Position numbers and translations under genes: made by a program. From Macrostomum lignano (Eukaryota), in NCBI GenBank assembly GCA_002269645.1, contig NIVC01003341.1, positions 1 to 64,000 of the forward strand: 64,000 bases of DNA, written 5' to 3'. Under the pieces are notes generated by a model. The model was not told the origin of the DNA, ran no database searches, and worked only from the letters and a program-made list of their open reading frames with translations. Of this stretch, positions 38,264-58,935 are shown piece by piece (the stretch's first letter is position 1; every line of letters starts with the position of its first letter).

Positions 38264-41200
38264 TCAAAGATAATTGACGTACGGCGACTTCAGGCAGCTG
38301 CCAATCTGGCTGTACACATCCGGGTCTTCGTAGTCAGTGCAGGTCTTGAGGGATGCTCGCAGCGAAGGTGGAACCGCCGCTGCCAGATCTTGGTTCCGCG
38401 GCCCAGCTCTGACCGTACCTGCCAGGCAATGGCATTGTCTGCAGCCACCGAGTGCTTTTGCTGTGGAGACTTTCTTCTAGAAGAGTGAGGATAGGACCGC
38501 AGCGGATAGTTATTAATTTGTGGCTCTGTCGCCTAAAGGTTGTAATGAATTGAAACTTTAATTCACTTGACAAGGGTAGCAGTGGTCTTAGCTAAGTACC
38601 ACCTGGGAGGCAGAGGTCTCAGCTCAGTACCGGGTTGAGACACCTGGGACGCAGTAACCTCAGCTCAGTACCGGGTTGAGACACTTGGGAGGCAGTAACC
38701 TCAGCTCAGTACCGGGTTGAGACACTTGGGAGGCAGAGGTCTTAGCTCAGTACCGGGTTGAGACACTTGGGAGGCAGTAACCTCAGCTCAGTACCGGGTT
38801 GAGACACTTGGGAGGCAGAGGTCTTAGCTCAGTACCGGGTTGAGACACTTGGGAGGCAGTAACCTCAGCTCAGTACCGGGTTGAGACACTTGGGAGGCAG
38901 TAACCTCAGCTCAGTACCGGGTTGAGACACTTGGGAGGCAGTAACCTCAGCTCAGTACCGGGTTGAGACACTTGGGAGGCAGAGGTCTTAGCTCAGTACA
39001 GGGTTGAGACACTTGGGAGGCAGTAGCCTCAGCTCAGTACCGGGTTGAGACACTTGGGAGGCAGTAGCCTCAGCTCAGTACCGGGTTGAGACACTTGGGA
39101 GGCAGTAGCCTCAGCTCAGTACCGGGTTGAGACACTTGGGAGGCAGTAGCCTCAGCTCAGTACCGGTTTGAGACACTTGGGAGACAGTCGCCTCAGCTCA
39201 GTACCGGGTTGAGGCACTTGGGAGGCAAGGGCCTCAGCTAAATATCGGGTTGAGACACTTGGGGGGAGGCAGTAGCCTCAGCTCAGTACCGGGTTGAGAC
39301 ACTTGGGAGGCAGTAGCCTCAGCTCAGTACCGGGTTGAGACACTTGGGAGGCAGTAGCCTCAGCTCAGTACCGGTTTGAGACACTTGGGAGACAGTCGCC
39401 TCAGCTCAGTACCGGGTTGAGGCACTTGGGAGGCAAGGGCCTCAGCTAAATATCGGGTTGAGACACTTGGGGGGAGGCAGTAGCCTCAGATCAGTACCGG
39501 GTTGAGACACTTGGGAGACAGTCGCCTCAGCTCAGTACCGGGTTGAGGCACTTGGGAGGCAAGGGCCTCAGCTAAATATCGGGTTGAGACACTTGGGGGG
39601 AGGCAGTAGCCTCAGATCAGTACCGGGTTGAGACACTTGGGAGACAGTCGCCTCAGCTCAGTACCGGGTTGAGGCACTTGGGAGGCAAGGGCCTCAGCTA
39701 AATATCGGGTTGAGACACTTGGGAGACAGTCGCCTCAGCTCAGTACCGGGTTGAGGCACTTGGGAGGCAAGGGCCTCAGCTAAATATCGGGTTGAGACAC
39801 TTGGGGGGAGGCAGTAGCCTCAGATCAGTACCGGGTTGAGGCACTTGGGAGGCAAGGGCCTCAGCTAAATATCGGGTTGAGACACTTGGGGGAGGCAGTA
39901 GCCTCAGATCAGTACCGGGTTGAGACACTTGGGAGACAGTCGCCTCAGCTCAGTACCGGGTTGAGGCACTTGGGAGGCAAGGGCCTCAGCTAAATATCGG
40001 GTTGAGACACTTGGGGGAGGCAGTAGCCTCAGATCAGTACCGGGTTGAGGCACTTGGGAGGCAAGGGCCTCAGCTAAATATCGGGTTGAGACACTTGGGG
40101 GGAGGCAGTAGCCTCAGATCAGTACCGGGTTGAGACACTTGGGAGGCAGCACCCTTGTCAAGTGAATTAAAAGTTTGAATTCATGACAATTAGTTGCGCT
40201 TCAACAAATTTTAAAACCGAACTTTAAAACCAAACTGTAATACCATGCTGCAGTGACCACAGATGTTTATGATAAGTTAAAAACGATTTTAACTACAAAT
40301 TGCTTCGCGAAACCGGATAAGCCACTGAACTAAACAAGTTAGACAAACAACCTTAAATGCTAATAAAACAAGCTCTCTAATAAACTATCTATAGCTCGTA
40401 GTACGAAGCGCAAAGTCAGCTGACAAGACATGACAGCGAGTTAAAGAGTCGGTGAATTCTTATAAACTATCCGCAATCGAAATTTAAATCAAAAGTGAAA
40501 GTTCCATCTTAGGCAAGCCAGCATCATGCACACGAATTGCTGCTTTGGCTTGGATTTCTATGTAAAATCATGTGACAAAACACCGGAAAATTTACTGCCC
40601 ACGTAACGGAGTTTTGTTTGAACTGACAGGTAGATCGAACTTCTGCTTTAGTTAACATTCAAAGTGAACATTCCTGGTGTGACTAACCCAAAATTATTGT
40701 TATAGTGCTAAAGTACGAGCAACTACTGAAAAATAGCTACTTTCCGGATTTATCATGCATCAATGGTAAACAATAAATATTGTACAAGTCACTAATTTGT
40801 CTCGTACATGTAAATAGCCATCCGATGAAATCTTGTTAAATGCTTTTACTCGTATATTTCAAATTATACTCGTTTATTTTTGCGTTTTGCCTGAACTTCT
40901 TTCTCTATAGTGCGTTTTGCTTGTCTGTATTAATGCTTTTGATTAAAATATTCGGAAATATGTTTCGTCGAGCTTTTCTTCCAGTAAAAGTTTCAACTAC
41001 CTTAGCCCCAGTAAGCGCTTCTAGTAGCTTCTCCTCAGTAGCTCCTCCTCAGTAGCTTCTCTCCAATAGCTTCTCCTCAGTAGCTTCTCCTCAGTAGCTT
41101 TTCCTCAGTAGCTAGCTTCTCTCCAATAGCTTCTCCTCAGTAGCTTCTCCTCAGTAGCTAGCTTCTCTCCAATAGCTTCTCCTCAGTAGCTTCTCCTCAG

Positions 41201-44200
41201 TAGCTAGCTTCTCTCCAATAGCTTCTCCTCAATGGCTTCTCCTCAGTAGCTTCTCCTCAGTAGCTTCTCCTCAGTAGCTAGCTTCTCTCCAATAGCTTCT
41301 CCTCAGTAGCTAGCTTCTCTCCAATAGCTTCTCCTCAGTAGCTTCTCCTCAGTAGCTTCTCCTCATAGCTTCTCCTCAGTAGCTTCTCCTCATAGCTTCT
41401 CCTCATAGCTTCTCCCCAGTAGCTTCTCCCTAGTAGCTTCTCCTCAGTAGCTTCTCCTCAGTAGCTTCTCCTCAGTAGCTAGCTTCTCCTTAGTAGCTTC
41501 TCCTCAGTAGCTTCTCCTCTGTAGCTGCTCCCCAGTAGCTTCTCTCAAATAGATTCTCCCCAGTAGCTCCTCCTCAGTAGCTTCTCCTCAGTAGCTTCTC
41601 CCAGTAGCTTCTCCTCAGTAGCTTCTCCTCAGTAGCTAGCTTCTCTCCAATAGCTTCTCCTCAGTAGCTTCTCCTCAGTAGCTAGCTTCTCTCCAATAGC
41701 TTCTCCTCAATGGCTTCTCCTCAGTAGCTTCTCCTCAGTAGCTTCTCCTCAGTAGCTAGCTTCTCTCCAATAGCTTCTCCTCAGTAGCTAGCTTCTCTCC
41801 AATAGCTTCTCCTCAGTAGCTTCTCCTCAGTAGCTTCTCCTCATAGCTTCTCCTCAGTAGCTTCTCCTCATAGCTTCTCCTCATAGCTTCTCCCCAGTAG
41901 CTTCTCCCTAGTAGCTTCTCCTCAGTAGCTTCTCCCCAGTAGCTTCTCCCCAGTAGCTTCTCCCCAGTAGCTTCTCCTCATTAGCTTCTCCTCAGTAGCT
42001 TCTCCTCATAGCTTCTCCCCAGTAGCTTCTCCTCATTAGCTTCTCTTTAGTAGCTTCTCCTCAGTGCTCCCCAGTAGCTTCCCCTCAATGGTTTCTCCTC
42101 AGTAGCTTCTCCTCGTAGCTTCTCCTCGTAGCTTCTCCTCAGTAGCTTTTCCTCAGTAGCTTCTCCTCATAGCTTCTCCTCATAGCTTCTCCTCAGTAGC
42201 TTCTCCTCAGTAGCTTCTCCCCAGTAGCTTCTCCTCAGTAGCTTCTCCTCAGTAGCTAGCTTCTCTCCAATAGCTTCTCCTCAGTAGCTTCTCCTCAGTA
42301 GCTAGCTTCTCTCCAATAGCTTCTCCTCAATGGCTTCTCCTCAGTAGCTTCTCCTCAGTAGCTTCTCCTCAGTAGCTAGCTTCTCTCCAATAGCTTCTCC
42401 TCAGTAGCTAGCTTCTCTCCAATAGCTTCTCCTCAGTAGCTTCTCCTCAGTAGCTTCTCCTCATAGCTTCTCCTCAGTAGCTTCTCCTCATAGCTTCTCC
42501 TCATAGCTTCTCCCAGTAGCTTCTCCCTAGTAGCTTCTCCTCAGTAGCTTCTCCTCAGTAGCTTCTCCTCAGTAGCTAGCTTCTCCTTAGTAGCTTCTCC
42601 TCAGTAGCTTCTCCTCTGTAGCTGCTCCCCAGTAGCTTCTCTCAAATAGATTCTCCCCAGTAGCTCCTCCTCAGTAGCTTCTCCTCAGTAGCTTCTCCCC
42701 AGTAGCTTCTCCTCAGTAGCTTCTCCCCAGTAGCTTCTCCCCAGTAGCTTCTCCCCAGTAGCTTCTCCTCATTAGCTTCTCCTCAGTAGCTTCTCCTCAT
42801 AGCTTCTCCCCAGTAGCTTCTCCTCATTAGCTTCTCTTTAGTAGCTTCTCCTCAGTGCTCCCCAGTAGCTTCCCCTCAATGGTTTCTCCTCAGTAGCTTC
42901 TCCTCGTAGCTTCTCCTCAGTAGCTTTTCCTCAGTAGCTTCTCCTCATAGCTTCTCCTTAGTAGCTTCTCCTCAGTAGCTTCTCCCCAGTAGCTTCTCCT
43001 CAGTAGCTTCTCCTCAGTAGCTAGCTTCTCTCCAATAGCTTCTCCTCAGTAGCTTCTCCCCAGTAGCTTCTCCTCAGTAGCTTCTCCTCATTAGCTTCTC
43101 CTCATTAGCTTCTCCTCAGTAGCTTCTCTCCAATAGCTTCTCCTCAGTAGCTTCTCCTCAGTAGCTTCTTCTCATAGCTTCTCCTCAGTAGCTTCTCCTC
43201 ATAGCTTCTTCTCATAGCTTCTCGCCAGTAGCTTCTCCCTAGTAGCTTCTCCTCAGTAGCTTCTCCTCGTAGCTTCTCCTCAGTAGCTTTTCCTCAGTAG
43301 CTTCTCCTCATAGCTTCTCCTCAGTAGCTTCTCCTCAGTAGCTTCTCCCCAGTAGCTTCTCCTCAGTAGCTTCTCCCCAGTAGCTTTTCCTCAATGGCTT
43401 CTCCTCAGTAGCTTCTCCTCAGTAGCTTCTCCTCATAGCTTCTCCTCATAGCTTCTCCCCAGTAGCTTCTCCTCATAGCTTCTCCTCATAGCTTCTCCTC
43501 AGTAGCTTCTCCTCATAGCTTCTCCCCAGTAGCTTCTCCTCATAGCTTCTCCTCATAGCTTCTCCCCAGTAGCTTCTCCCCAGTAGCTTCTCCCCAGTAG
43601 CTTCTCCCCAGTAGCTTCTCCTCAGTAGCTTCTTCTCAATAGCTTGCCCCCAGTGTAAGGCATTGCCCTCCTGAGAATAATTATTTTCGCAACCAAATTC
43701 CAGGAAACCAGACTCACAGCCGCTACTGTCGCAGCTCGCCGGAGCATAATGGTGGCACAGCCAATCACGGAGGCCACGCTGAGCAAACCGCAGACTACAG
43801 TGGTGAACAGAACCAGACGGAGAGTATCGCACGTAGTTGGCGTGCTTTGGCTTGAGCTGTTTTCTGAAATTGTTGATTTTTATTCAGCGAAATTTAGGAT
43901 TAGTGTTGGGTCTTGGTTTTTGCTTTGGGGGAGGCTTTAAGGTTTAGGGGCCGTCATACTAGGGTGCCAGGGAATTAGGACAGGTTGTTAGGTCTCGCAC
44001 GCACTAGTAGTATTACGGTTTCGAAGGCATAATGCTCCGAGTGACCTACGGGGAATCATCACTTGAAGTTCGACTTAAAGCAACTGCAATTGATAACTTT
44101 GTTTAGAGACGCCGCGAGATCCCATAACAACCCCTTCAAGAACAATGGTCCGTTGGGCAAAATATAGACTGGATATCAAAGTTCGCGCAGAATCGCATTG

Positions 44201-47200
44201 AACTTTGTCGTTCTCAGATAACAGTGTTACGACCTAGGGTGCCAGTCTAAGTCTATCAACTTCTCTCATCAAGGGGGTTGTAGCCTAGTGGTCAGAGCGT
44301 CGGACTCACGACTGAAAGGTCGGGGGGTTCGATTCTCGACCCACTTGGAACGATTGGCGTCCTTGCTTGCGCAAGACACTTAACTCTGCATTGCTTCAGT
44401 TCACCCAGCTGTAAAATGGGTGCCAGCATTAGCTGGGGTAATTGAGGGTGTGTGGCGACCCCCCAGTACTTGGACTGAACAGCCGTACGCAGCCTTCAGA
44501 TGCGCCGCGCAATAGCTGCGGCTGAGCTGTCGGTTGCACATCTGGCCCGATTGAGACAGGTGTACGAGATAAGCGAATATTACTATCATTATTATTATTA
44601 TTTTATTACTTTATTTGAAGCATCAGGTCCGGTTTTGAAGTTTTGAAGAGTTGAAGCGGACTATCATCCAGTAGTCATTGATATACTTTTCATTAGTCCT
44701 TGAAACTTACCCTTCCCCGCTTCCATATGATTTATTACAGCATTATGGGCATTCTCTTCGCCTCCGATAGTTTTTATCGCTGTCACTTGAAATATTTTGT
44801 CGCCATTTTGCATCTGCAGGCCAACGCAGACGATTTGCATCGTGGCCGAGTAGCTTCTGTTGGACGTCGAGATCGTTGTTACCTGCAAGATAGCCACCAG
44901 GGATGTTTGCCTTTTTAGATCATCTTAGAAAATGGATCTAGAATCAGAGCGTCTGCAAGGTTGACTCACATTGGTGAGACTGCAGTTCACGTTTGACATT
45001 TTAGGCCGACCTTCTTGAATCTGCACTGACCATTTCAGAGCATTGGATGCTGATTGTATTGTTAGGTTGCCTTTGTCTGAAAAATCAAGTGCTTTGAATG
45101 TACAGCTTTTGAAAAAAGCTGGAAATGCGACTGATTCACTGTTCCTATAGAAGTACGAGGCGTGGAGGCGTGGGGTGTACAAAGGACCAGGGGTGTCGCC
45201 ATGGATTTTATGGTGGGAGGGACAAAGCCAAGAGCTCTACATGTACATGTACATGTACTAAATTCCTCTATGTACACTATTTTCAGAATCAGTGCTTTCA
45301 GCGATCATTTTAGCGCCACAGACACTCACTTCAGCGCCGCAGTCACTCACTTTAGCGCCGCAGGCACCATTTTAGCGCCACAGGCACTCATTTTGGCGCC
45401 ACAGGCACCACTTTTGCGCCGCAGGCACCATTTTAGCGCCACAAGGCACTCACTTTTGCGCCGCAGGCACCATTTTAGCGCCACAAGGCACTCACTTTTG
45501 CGCCGCAGGCACTATTTTAGCGCCACAAGGCACTCACTTTTGCGCCGCAGGCACCATTTTAGCGCCACAAGGCACTCATTTTAGCGCCGCAGGCACCATT
45601 TTAGCGCCACAGGCACTCATTTTGGCGCCGCAGGCACCATTTTAGCGCCACAGGCACTCATTTTGGCGCCACAGGCACTCATTTTGGCGCCGCAGGCACT
45701 CATTTTGGCGCCACAGGCACACTCATTTTGGCGCCGCAGGCACTATGTTTGTCGCCCTGAAGCAAAATTATTAATTGCCATAACAAGTCAACAAAGGTGG
45801 AGTGGGGGGCAAAGCATTGGCATGACCCCGGTAGCTTTTACTGGGTCCCCCCTGCCCCCCCCCCTGTGGCGACGCCGCTGCAAAGGACTATTTTCTTTTG
45901 GGAAACACTCGTTGAGATCCAACTTCGATCTAAGCCAAAGGTCGTTTTTTTAGTTTTGTGAACAATCTACCAAGAAAGCCTCTATGTTCGCTTCGCTCCT
46001 CGGGAAACAACACTTAAAAGAATTAATCATAGATTTTTTACACTTAATTTATCACTTATTCCCTGAATCCAACAATCCAACAATGCGAAAATGCGACAAT
46101 GCGAAGTCGACTCACAAAACACAGTTGGGGTAGTTTGGCTTAAAACTCGGTTGCTATGGAGATCTGATTGGTTGGCACGGCAGGCAATTTGCCAATTTCT
46201 GTGATTCATCATCCAATGCTTCACTTGCAGTTGATGCGTGCTGGTGTTACCGATGACCTGTAGTGTAGGAGCATAAATGTATTTGTAGGAGCAATAGTAC
46301 TTCAAATTTAAAACATGATGTAATAAAATGTTGTAAATGAATAATATCGTTAAAACGTACAGAAGTTCTATTGAGCTTGGACAGAACAGTCAAATCATTC
46401 TGGACAATTTCGCACGAGTGGCCAATTGCGCTGCAATTCGGCGATGTGAGCGTAACGTTCTCAATGCCGCCCTCAAGCCAGTAGGAACTCAAGCCGAAAC
46501 TTATGCTTGCCTGACAGGGCTCTAGAAATTTTAGCAGGGAATTTCTTCGCTTCATCAATAAGACAAGCTGTAAACAAGTTGGCATGTAATATGACAAAGT
46601 GTTACGCAATCTAGCTCACCAACTATAGTTGAAGGGCTAACATGGAACGTTCTGTACAGAGTAGCAATTGACCAACTCATTGTTGAGCGACAGTACAACT
46701 CGCCGCCAAGCTTTGATCGGTCAGCCTTCACCAGAAACTGGGAGATGGTGGTGTAGGCAGGAAAGCCCGTTCTGGACAGAGTCACTCGGACAGACTGGAT
46801 CGGGCAAGGGGAGACGATATCATGACAAGTGAGACACTCAAAACGTTATATTTGTATTACAATTGGATTATAACTCAGAGTAGTTTGCAGTCTTTAGGTT
46901 TGAAGACTTTAGGTCTGTAGTCTCTAAAGGTTTGTAGTCTTTAGGTTTGTAGTCTTTAGGTTTTTAGTCTTTAGGTTTGTAGTCTTTAGGTTTTTAGTCT
47001 TTAGGTTTGTATTCTTTAGGTTGTAGTCTTTAGGTTTGTATTCTTTAGGTTGTAGTCTTTAGGTTTGAATTCTTTAGGTTTGTAGTCTTTAGGTTTATAT
47101 TCTTTAGGTTTGTATTCTTTAGGTTTGAATTCTTTAGGCTTGTATTCTTTAGGTTTGAATTCTTTAGGTTTGTAGTCTTTAGGTTTATATTCTTTAGGTT

Positions 47201-49558
47201 TGTATTCTTTAGGTTTGTATTCTTTAGGTTTGTATTCTTTAGGTTTGTATTCTTTAGGTTTGTATTCTTTAGGTTTGTATTCGTTAGGTTTGTAGTCTAG
47301 GTCCTACATTCCCAAAGGAATAGTTTTTGAATATCCCAACAGTTTCAAGAAAAGTTTTGATATAAATAATGCTCAAATGGATGTCTACATAATCTTCGTG
47401 AGTGGCGTTCGTAGCAATGCTCCACAAAAGTTTCCAGTCAAAGTCAACTTGAAACGAAAGACTTAAAAGGTCACTTCCTTGGGCTTCCAGGAAATAAAGA
47501 TTGTAAATAAAGATAAATAAAACATTAATTATTACCTCATTCACTTGGTCCAAGCGTTCCCCGGCACCATTATTTCCATATCTAAAAACGCAAGAATGAT
47601 TGGAAGGCGGATACTCCTCAACGGAGGTGAAGTTGACCAGCACAGACGAGTTGACCAGCCACTTCTTTGGCACGCTCAGTGCCGTACGCTTGGCCACGAC
47701 TGAAAATGGCCGAAAAATATCGTTTCTCTTCTATCACTGAATCGATTTTGAAATACAATGAACGAAAAATTCAAACTGACACTTCACGCCGATTGTCCTG
47801 ACAATAGGACAGTTGCCACGATCCGGACTGGACAGGTTTCCATAGCAACAGATTAGCTCAGAACCTTGCCACCTCATCATTGGCTTGAGCTTAAACGAAA
47901 ATCTTCCTGGAAAAGCCTGTGAATGGATAGATTTGATCGATCAACTGATTAGCTTTCAGAATGGCTTAATGAGTTCTAGTATCATCGAGTTCGACACACA
48001 ATAGCTACCTGCTTGGACTCAACCGCAGGGACATCAGGGCGGTCAGGGTGGGTTTGGGTCAGTTTTGCTAAGCATTGTCACCTCCAGGGAAAATCCGTAG
48101 CGGGAAATGCGCCTCTTTGGCGTCGCGAATGCAGAGCCCTTAATTTGTGAACCTCTGGCCCCAAACCGGGACACCTCTCAGACGTTTTCACTACCCAAGG
48201 GCTACCGGGCAAACGACCATCCACCTCCTGCCTGGACTCTCCAGGGTCTCCGGATGCCCGGAACCCCTGCAGCTGAGTCTAGAAAGTCAAGTCACATAAT
48301 AGCTACAAACACAGGTTCTTACCCGTTCTCTGACAACGACAACCCTCCTCAAATTCAATGGATTGCGACGAACAAAGCATGAAACAGATAGACCTCTTGA
48401 ACTTGAATCCATAAGATGGAAAGTTACAGTTTTTGCCTCCTTCAGTTTCAAAAGTGTCATTGTTGCATCGTGTGGGTCGAGTTTCAAGGTCGGTTTGTAG
48501 CCTGTGCGTTCGACCGGATCAAGATGAAATTTCAAAATAACATATTCAGTTTTGAAAAAGTTCAAATACGCTAGATTAAAAACCATTTCCTACCAGAAAT
48601 ATTGATTGCAGAAAAGCTGAGCTCATTTGAACTTGACAGAAGAATATAGGATATCGGTTTCTGAAAAAAAACAAGAAGGCAAACATGCTAAGAATCTATT
48701 CTAACGCATAAACAAACAGCCTCAAATATAAATAGTTATGACGTACCTGGTTAGAGCTACTAATCTGCATCCAAAATTCGCTACTGTTGAAGGCCTCCAA
48801 GCTGGCGCGGCACGGATCCTCCAGCTGCAGCTCCAGCGGGAGGCTCGAGGCTCCGACCGCTGACACGGGCGAGCCGACCGGAGCTGCTGTGTGCCACTGG
48901 TCATCTGCAACACGAGTGCTTGGCTGCTAGCTGGTCTCACACTGTCTCAGAGTGCTAATTAGATGCTAGCTGGTCTCACACTGTCTCAGAGTGCTAATTA
49001 GATGCTAGCTGGTCTCACACTGTCTCAGAGTGCTAATTAGATGCTAGCTGGTCTCACACTGTCTCAGAGTGCTAATTAGATGCTAGCTGGTCTCACACTG
49101 TCTCACACTGTGTCCCAGACTCCCTCTGCCTCATCATGCATCATGAGAATGAGTCGGTCAGCGTCACTCACCCCCGTCTCGCACGCTCACCGCCTCCAGC
49201 ATCATCGGCTGCCTCAGCTGCATCACAAGCCACCGAGGCCCGGACCGCACAGCAGCAGGGAATCGGTTTGTCTCTGACTGCCGACTCTCCCACCAACAGC
49301 AGTGCGCACCGCTGGGTTGCCAGGTGCGCAGAACGTCAGCCCTGCTCAGCTTCACTGTCACTGTGAAGCGAAGACTTCACAACTTGTACATATGAGCATC
49401 AGATACTGCATTTTTGCTAAGCTACGAGTACGAGTACAATGTGGCACAAATAGATACTCTTATTCGAAATTCTTACCGAGATTTTTAGAGCCAAAAGTGA
49501 GACCAGCTTTCCATACAGCCATTAATAACAAAATTGTTCCTAAACCTGTAGTCATCAT
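38264..49558 (-). CDS. Receptor B: signal peptide, discoidin/F5-8C-like, 4 Ig-like domains, TM, Tyr-motif tail
   Basis: In-phase exons 49558-49477 (MMTTGLGTILLLMAVWKAG), 49360-49172, 48904-48747, 48660-48594, 48501-48323, 47916-47781, 47699-47536, 46794-46620, 46521-46361, 46257-46116, 45076-44970, 44882-44711, 43863-43718 (TM); 626 aa to this point. Tail exon from 38476 either reads to a stop at 38264 or splices at 38283 to 37304-37187 and 37085-36951. Confidence 0.85.
38540..40189. mobile_element. TIR-bounded element filled with a ~41-bp tandem array (foldback/MITE-like)
   Basis: 38540-38578 is the reverse complement of 40151-40189 at 37/39 nt. Interior unit is gggaggcagtagcctcagctcagtaccgggttgagacactt plus variants. 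No clear TSD. Confidence 0.7.
41020..43645 (+). repeat. Degenerate ~14-bp satellite (cagtagcttctcct) with higher-order blocks
   Basis: Direct reading; lies in the intron after the TM exon of receptor B. Confidence 0.95.
44273..44610 (+). mobile_element. tRNA-derived SINE family 1, most complete copy
   Basis: gggggttgtagcctagtggtcagagcgtc (A box), ggttcgattct (B box), central gtccttg...acttaac...ctgtaaaatggg segment reminiscent of CORE/Meta-type SINE domains, (att)n tail. Confidence 0.88.
45188..45880 (+). mobile_element. Non-autonomous hAT-like element with internal minisatellite
   Basis: TIR cagggtgtcgcca / tggcgacgccgctg; perfect 8-bp TSD caaaggac (45180-45187, 45881-45888); internal cattttagcgccgcaggcact repeats. 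Confidence 0.85.
46885..47298 (+). repeat. 15-bp minisatellite (tctttaggtttgtak)
   Basis: Direct reading; intron 7 of receptor B. Confidence 0.93.
48929..49108 (+). repeat. 39-bp satellite, ~4-5 units, intron 2 of receptor B
   Basis: Same unit and same intron position as in A and C. Confidence 0.95.
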
Positions 49559-49920
49559 CCCACTTAATTGGTGCAATAGATTTGTCGGGCTAAATTGTAT
49601 AGGTGAAACTTGATAGTGCTTCATATATCATGCTGGACCAGTGCTTACCTCGAAAATACAGCGCTTAAAAGTGTAAAAGCCTTACCCACCCGATGTTTAT
49701 TTTTCTGTGGCTAGAGGGTGTCCGGTCTCGTCACGTGTTCGTCAAGTCCGAACAGATGCCAACATCCTGACAGAGCGATATAGTTGCTATCTTTAGCTTA
49801 TGTATAAGACTGTATTAAACGTAATGTAATGTACCCAGTTATTAAAAGTGGAATGTTGCCAGTTAATTAATAAGTTTAGTTGGCATGCGCAAGGAAATCA
49901 TACTTCTTTGTGGCCTTATC

Positions 49921-50600
49921 AGTGTGGATCAGGGATGAATCGGTTTGGGTCAAGGGATGAATCAGTGTGGGTCAAGGGATGAATCAGTTTGGGTCAGGGA
50001 TGAATCAGTTTGGGTCAAGGGATGAATCGGTTTGGGTCAAGGGATGAATCAGTGTGGGTCAAGGGATGAATCAGTTTGGGTCAAGGGATGAATCAGTGTG
50101 GATCAGGGATGAATCGGTTTGGGTCAAGGGATGAATCAGTGTGGGTCAAGGGATGAATCAGTTTGGGTCAAGGGATGAATCAGTGTGGGTCAGGGATGAA
50201 TCAGTGTGGGTCAGGGATGAATCAGTGTGGGTCAAGGGATTAATCAGTGTGGGTCAAGGGATGAATCAGTGTGGGTCAAGGATGACTCAGTGTGGGTCAG
50301 GGATGAAACAGTTTGGGGTCAGGGATGACTCAGTGTGGGTCAGGGATGAAACAGTTTTGAGTCAGGGATAAATTAGTTTTGGTCAGGGATGAATCAGTGT
50401 GGGTCAGGGATGAATCAGTGTGGGTCAGGGATGAATCAGTGTGGGTCAAGGATGACTCAGTGTGGGTCAGGGATGAATCAGTGTGGGTCAAGGATGACTC
50501 AGTGTGGGTCAGGGATGAATCAGTTTTGAGTCAGGGATGAATTAGTTTTGGTCAGGGATGAATCAGTGTGGGTCAAGGATTAATCAGTGTGGGTCAGGGA
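49921..50600 (+). repeat. 21/22-bp minisatellite (cagggatgaatcagtgtgggt)
   Basis: Direct reading; between the end of C and the start of B. Confidence 0.93.
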
Positions 50601-50848
50601 TAGAAGCAGTGTAGAGTTAGTTGCTATGCAATAAAAGAAAAGGCCTTCAATCCATAATGATTATCTTCATTATATATTCTGTAATCTGTAGATAATGGAG
50701 ATGGCACTCATAAAAAGAAGGTTTGAATTCGGACACCATGCTTTTCTGAGTAGTCTGCAGTAGAATTTTATACGTTTACTTTGTCGGCCATATGCGTTTT
50801 CGCTTTCAAACTTTTCAATCGAGTGAGATTGCGGTTCTCTAAATCAGA

Positions 50849-58265
<7,417 letters not shown>

Positions 58266-58935
58266 CTGAAATTAACGCCATTAATAAAACTGAAGTGTTT
58301 TATTACTTAATGTTTTTTGAAGTGTTAAAAATTGAAGTGTTTAAAAAAACTAAAAGCAAAACACAATGCAATTTTCAAATATTTTAAAGTTAATAAATGC
58401 TCACTTTTGTGCTTTTTAATGGAGCAGTCTAAGTCAAAAGACTGCGTTGCGATTCCCAGATATAGAATAATTAGCACTGGCTGGAGTACCTGGCAGAGCT
58501 GCATTTGCCTTCAGTATGCCAGTAGCTGTGGGCAAGGATTAGCGAATTCGATATTTTTCTATTCAGCCAGAATTGTTCACGACAAAGATTTTAAACATGC
58601 ATGTGGAACTTTGTAAGTAAATAGTTTTTTTTCATAAATATTAACCCCGAAGTTTGAAAAATTCTGTACTTCGTTGCGCGCTATAGATTTACCATTTCCA
58701 GTCTTCGCCGTCGAACTGTTAAATTTATGAACTGCACTAGTCAACAGGTACGTTTGGTTTGCTTATTAAAAACCTCTTTACTTGCTTCATCATTTACATG
58801 TAGCTTCTGTAAGTTATTTCGAAATTTGCAGCATTATTTTTATTATATTTAATTGCAAATTTTGATGCGACCTTCTTTTTTAACGAAATGCCTGCAAGAA
58901 GTTTGCAGTTATTTTTGGCTCACGAGATGTTCGAT

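Noticed and set aside
34293-40150. 39-bp and 41-bp arrays as CRISPR-like loci
   Set aside because: Units are head-to-tail with no unique spacers, there are no cas genes, and the context is eukaryotic introns.
43473-43832. ORF reading from the TM region of B into the 14-bp satellite
   Set aside because: The unit is not a multiple of 3 and the ORF soon stops; the apparent acceptor at ~43672 is probably cryptic.
44273-44350. tRNA genes
   Set aside because: A/B boxes run into a shared SINE body and no cloverleaf acceptor stem is evident.
47284-47535. Read-through VDFDWKLLW segment as an exon of B
   Set aside because: No phase-0 acceptor in that frame; exon 7 joins 46794 correctly without it.
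58440-58800. Candidate signal-peptide exon of receptor C
   Set aside because: 58490-58570 resembles the start of A (aatagaaaa) but has no in-frame ATG and the wrong phase; other candidates have stops.
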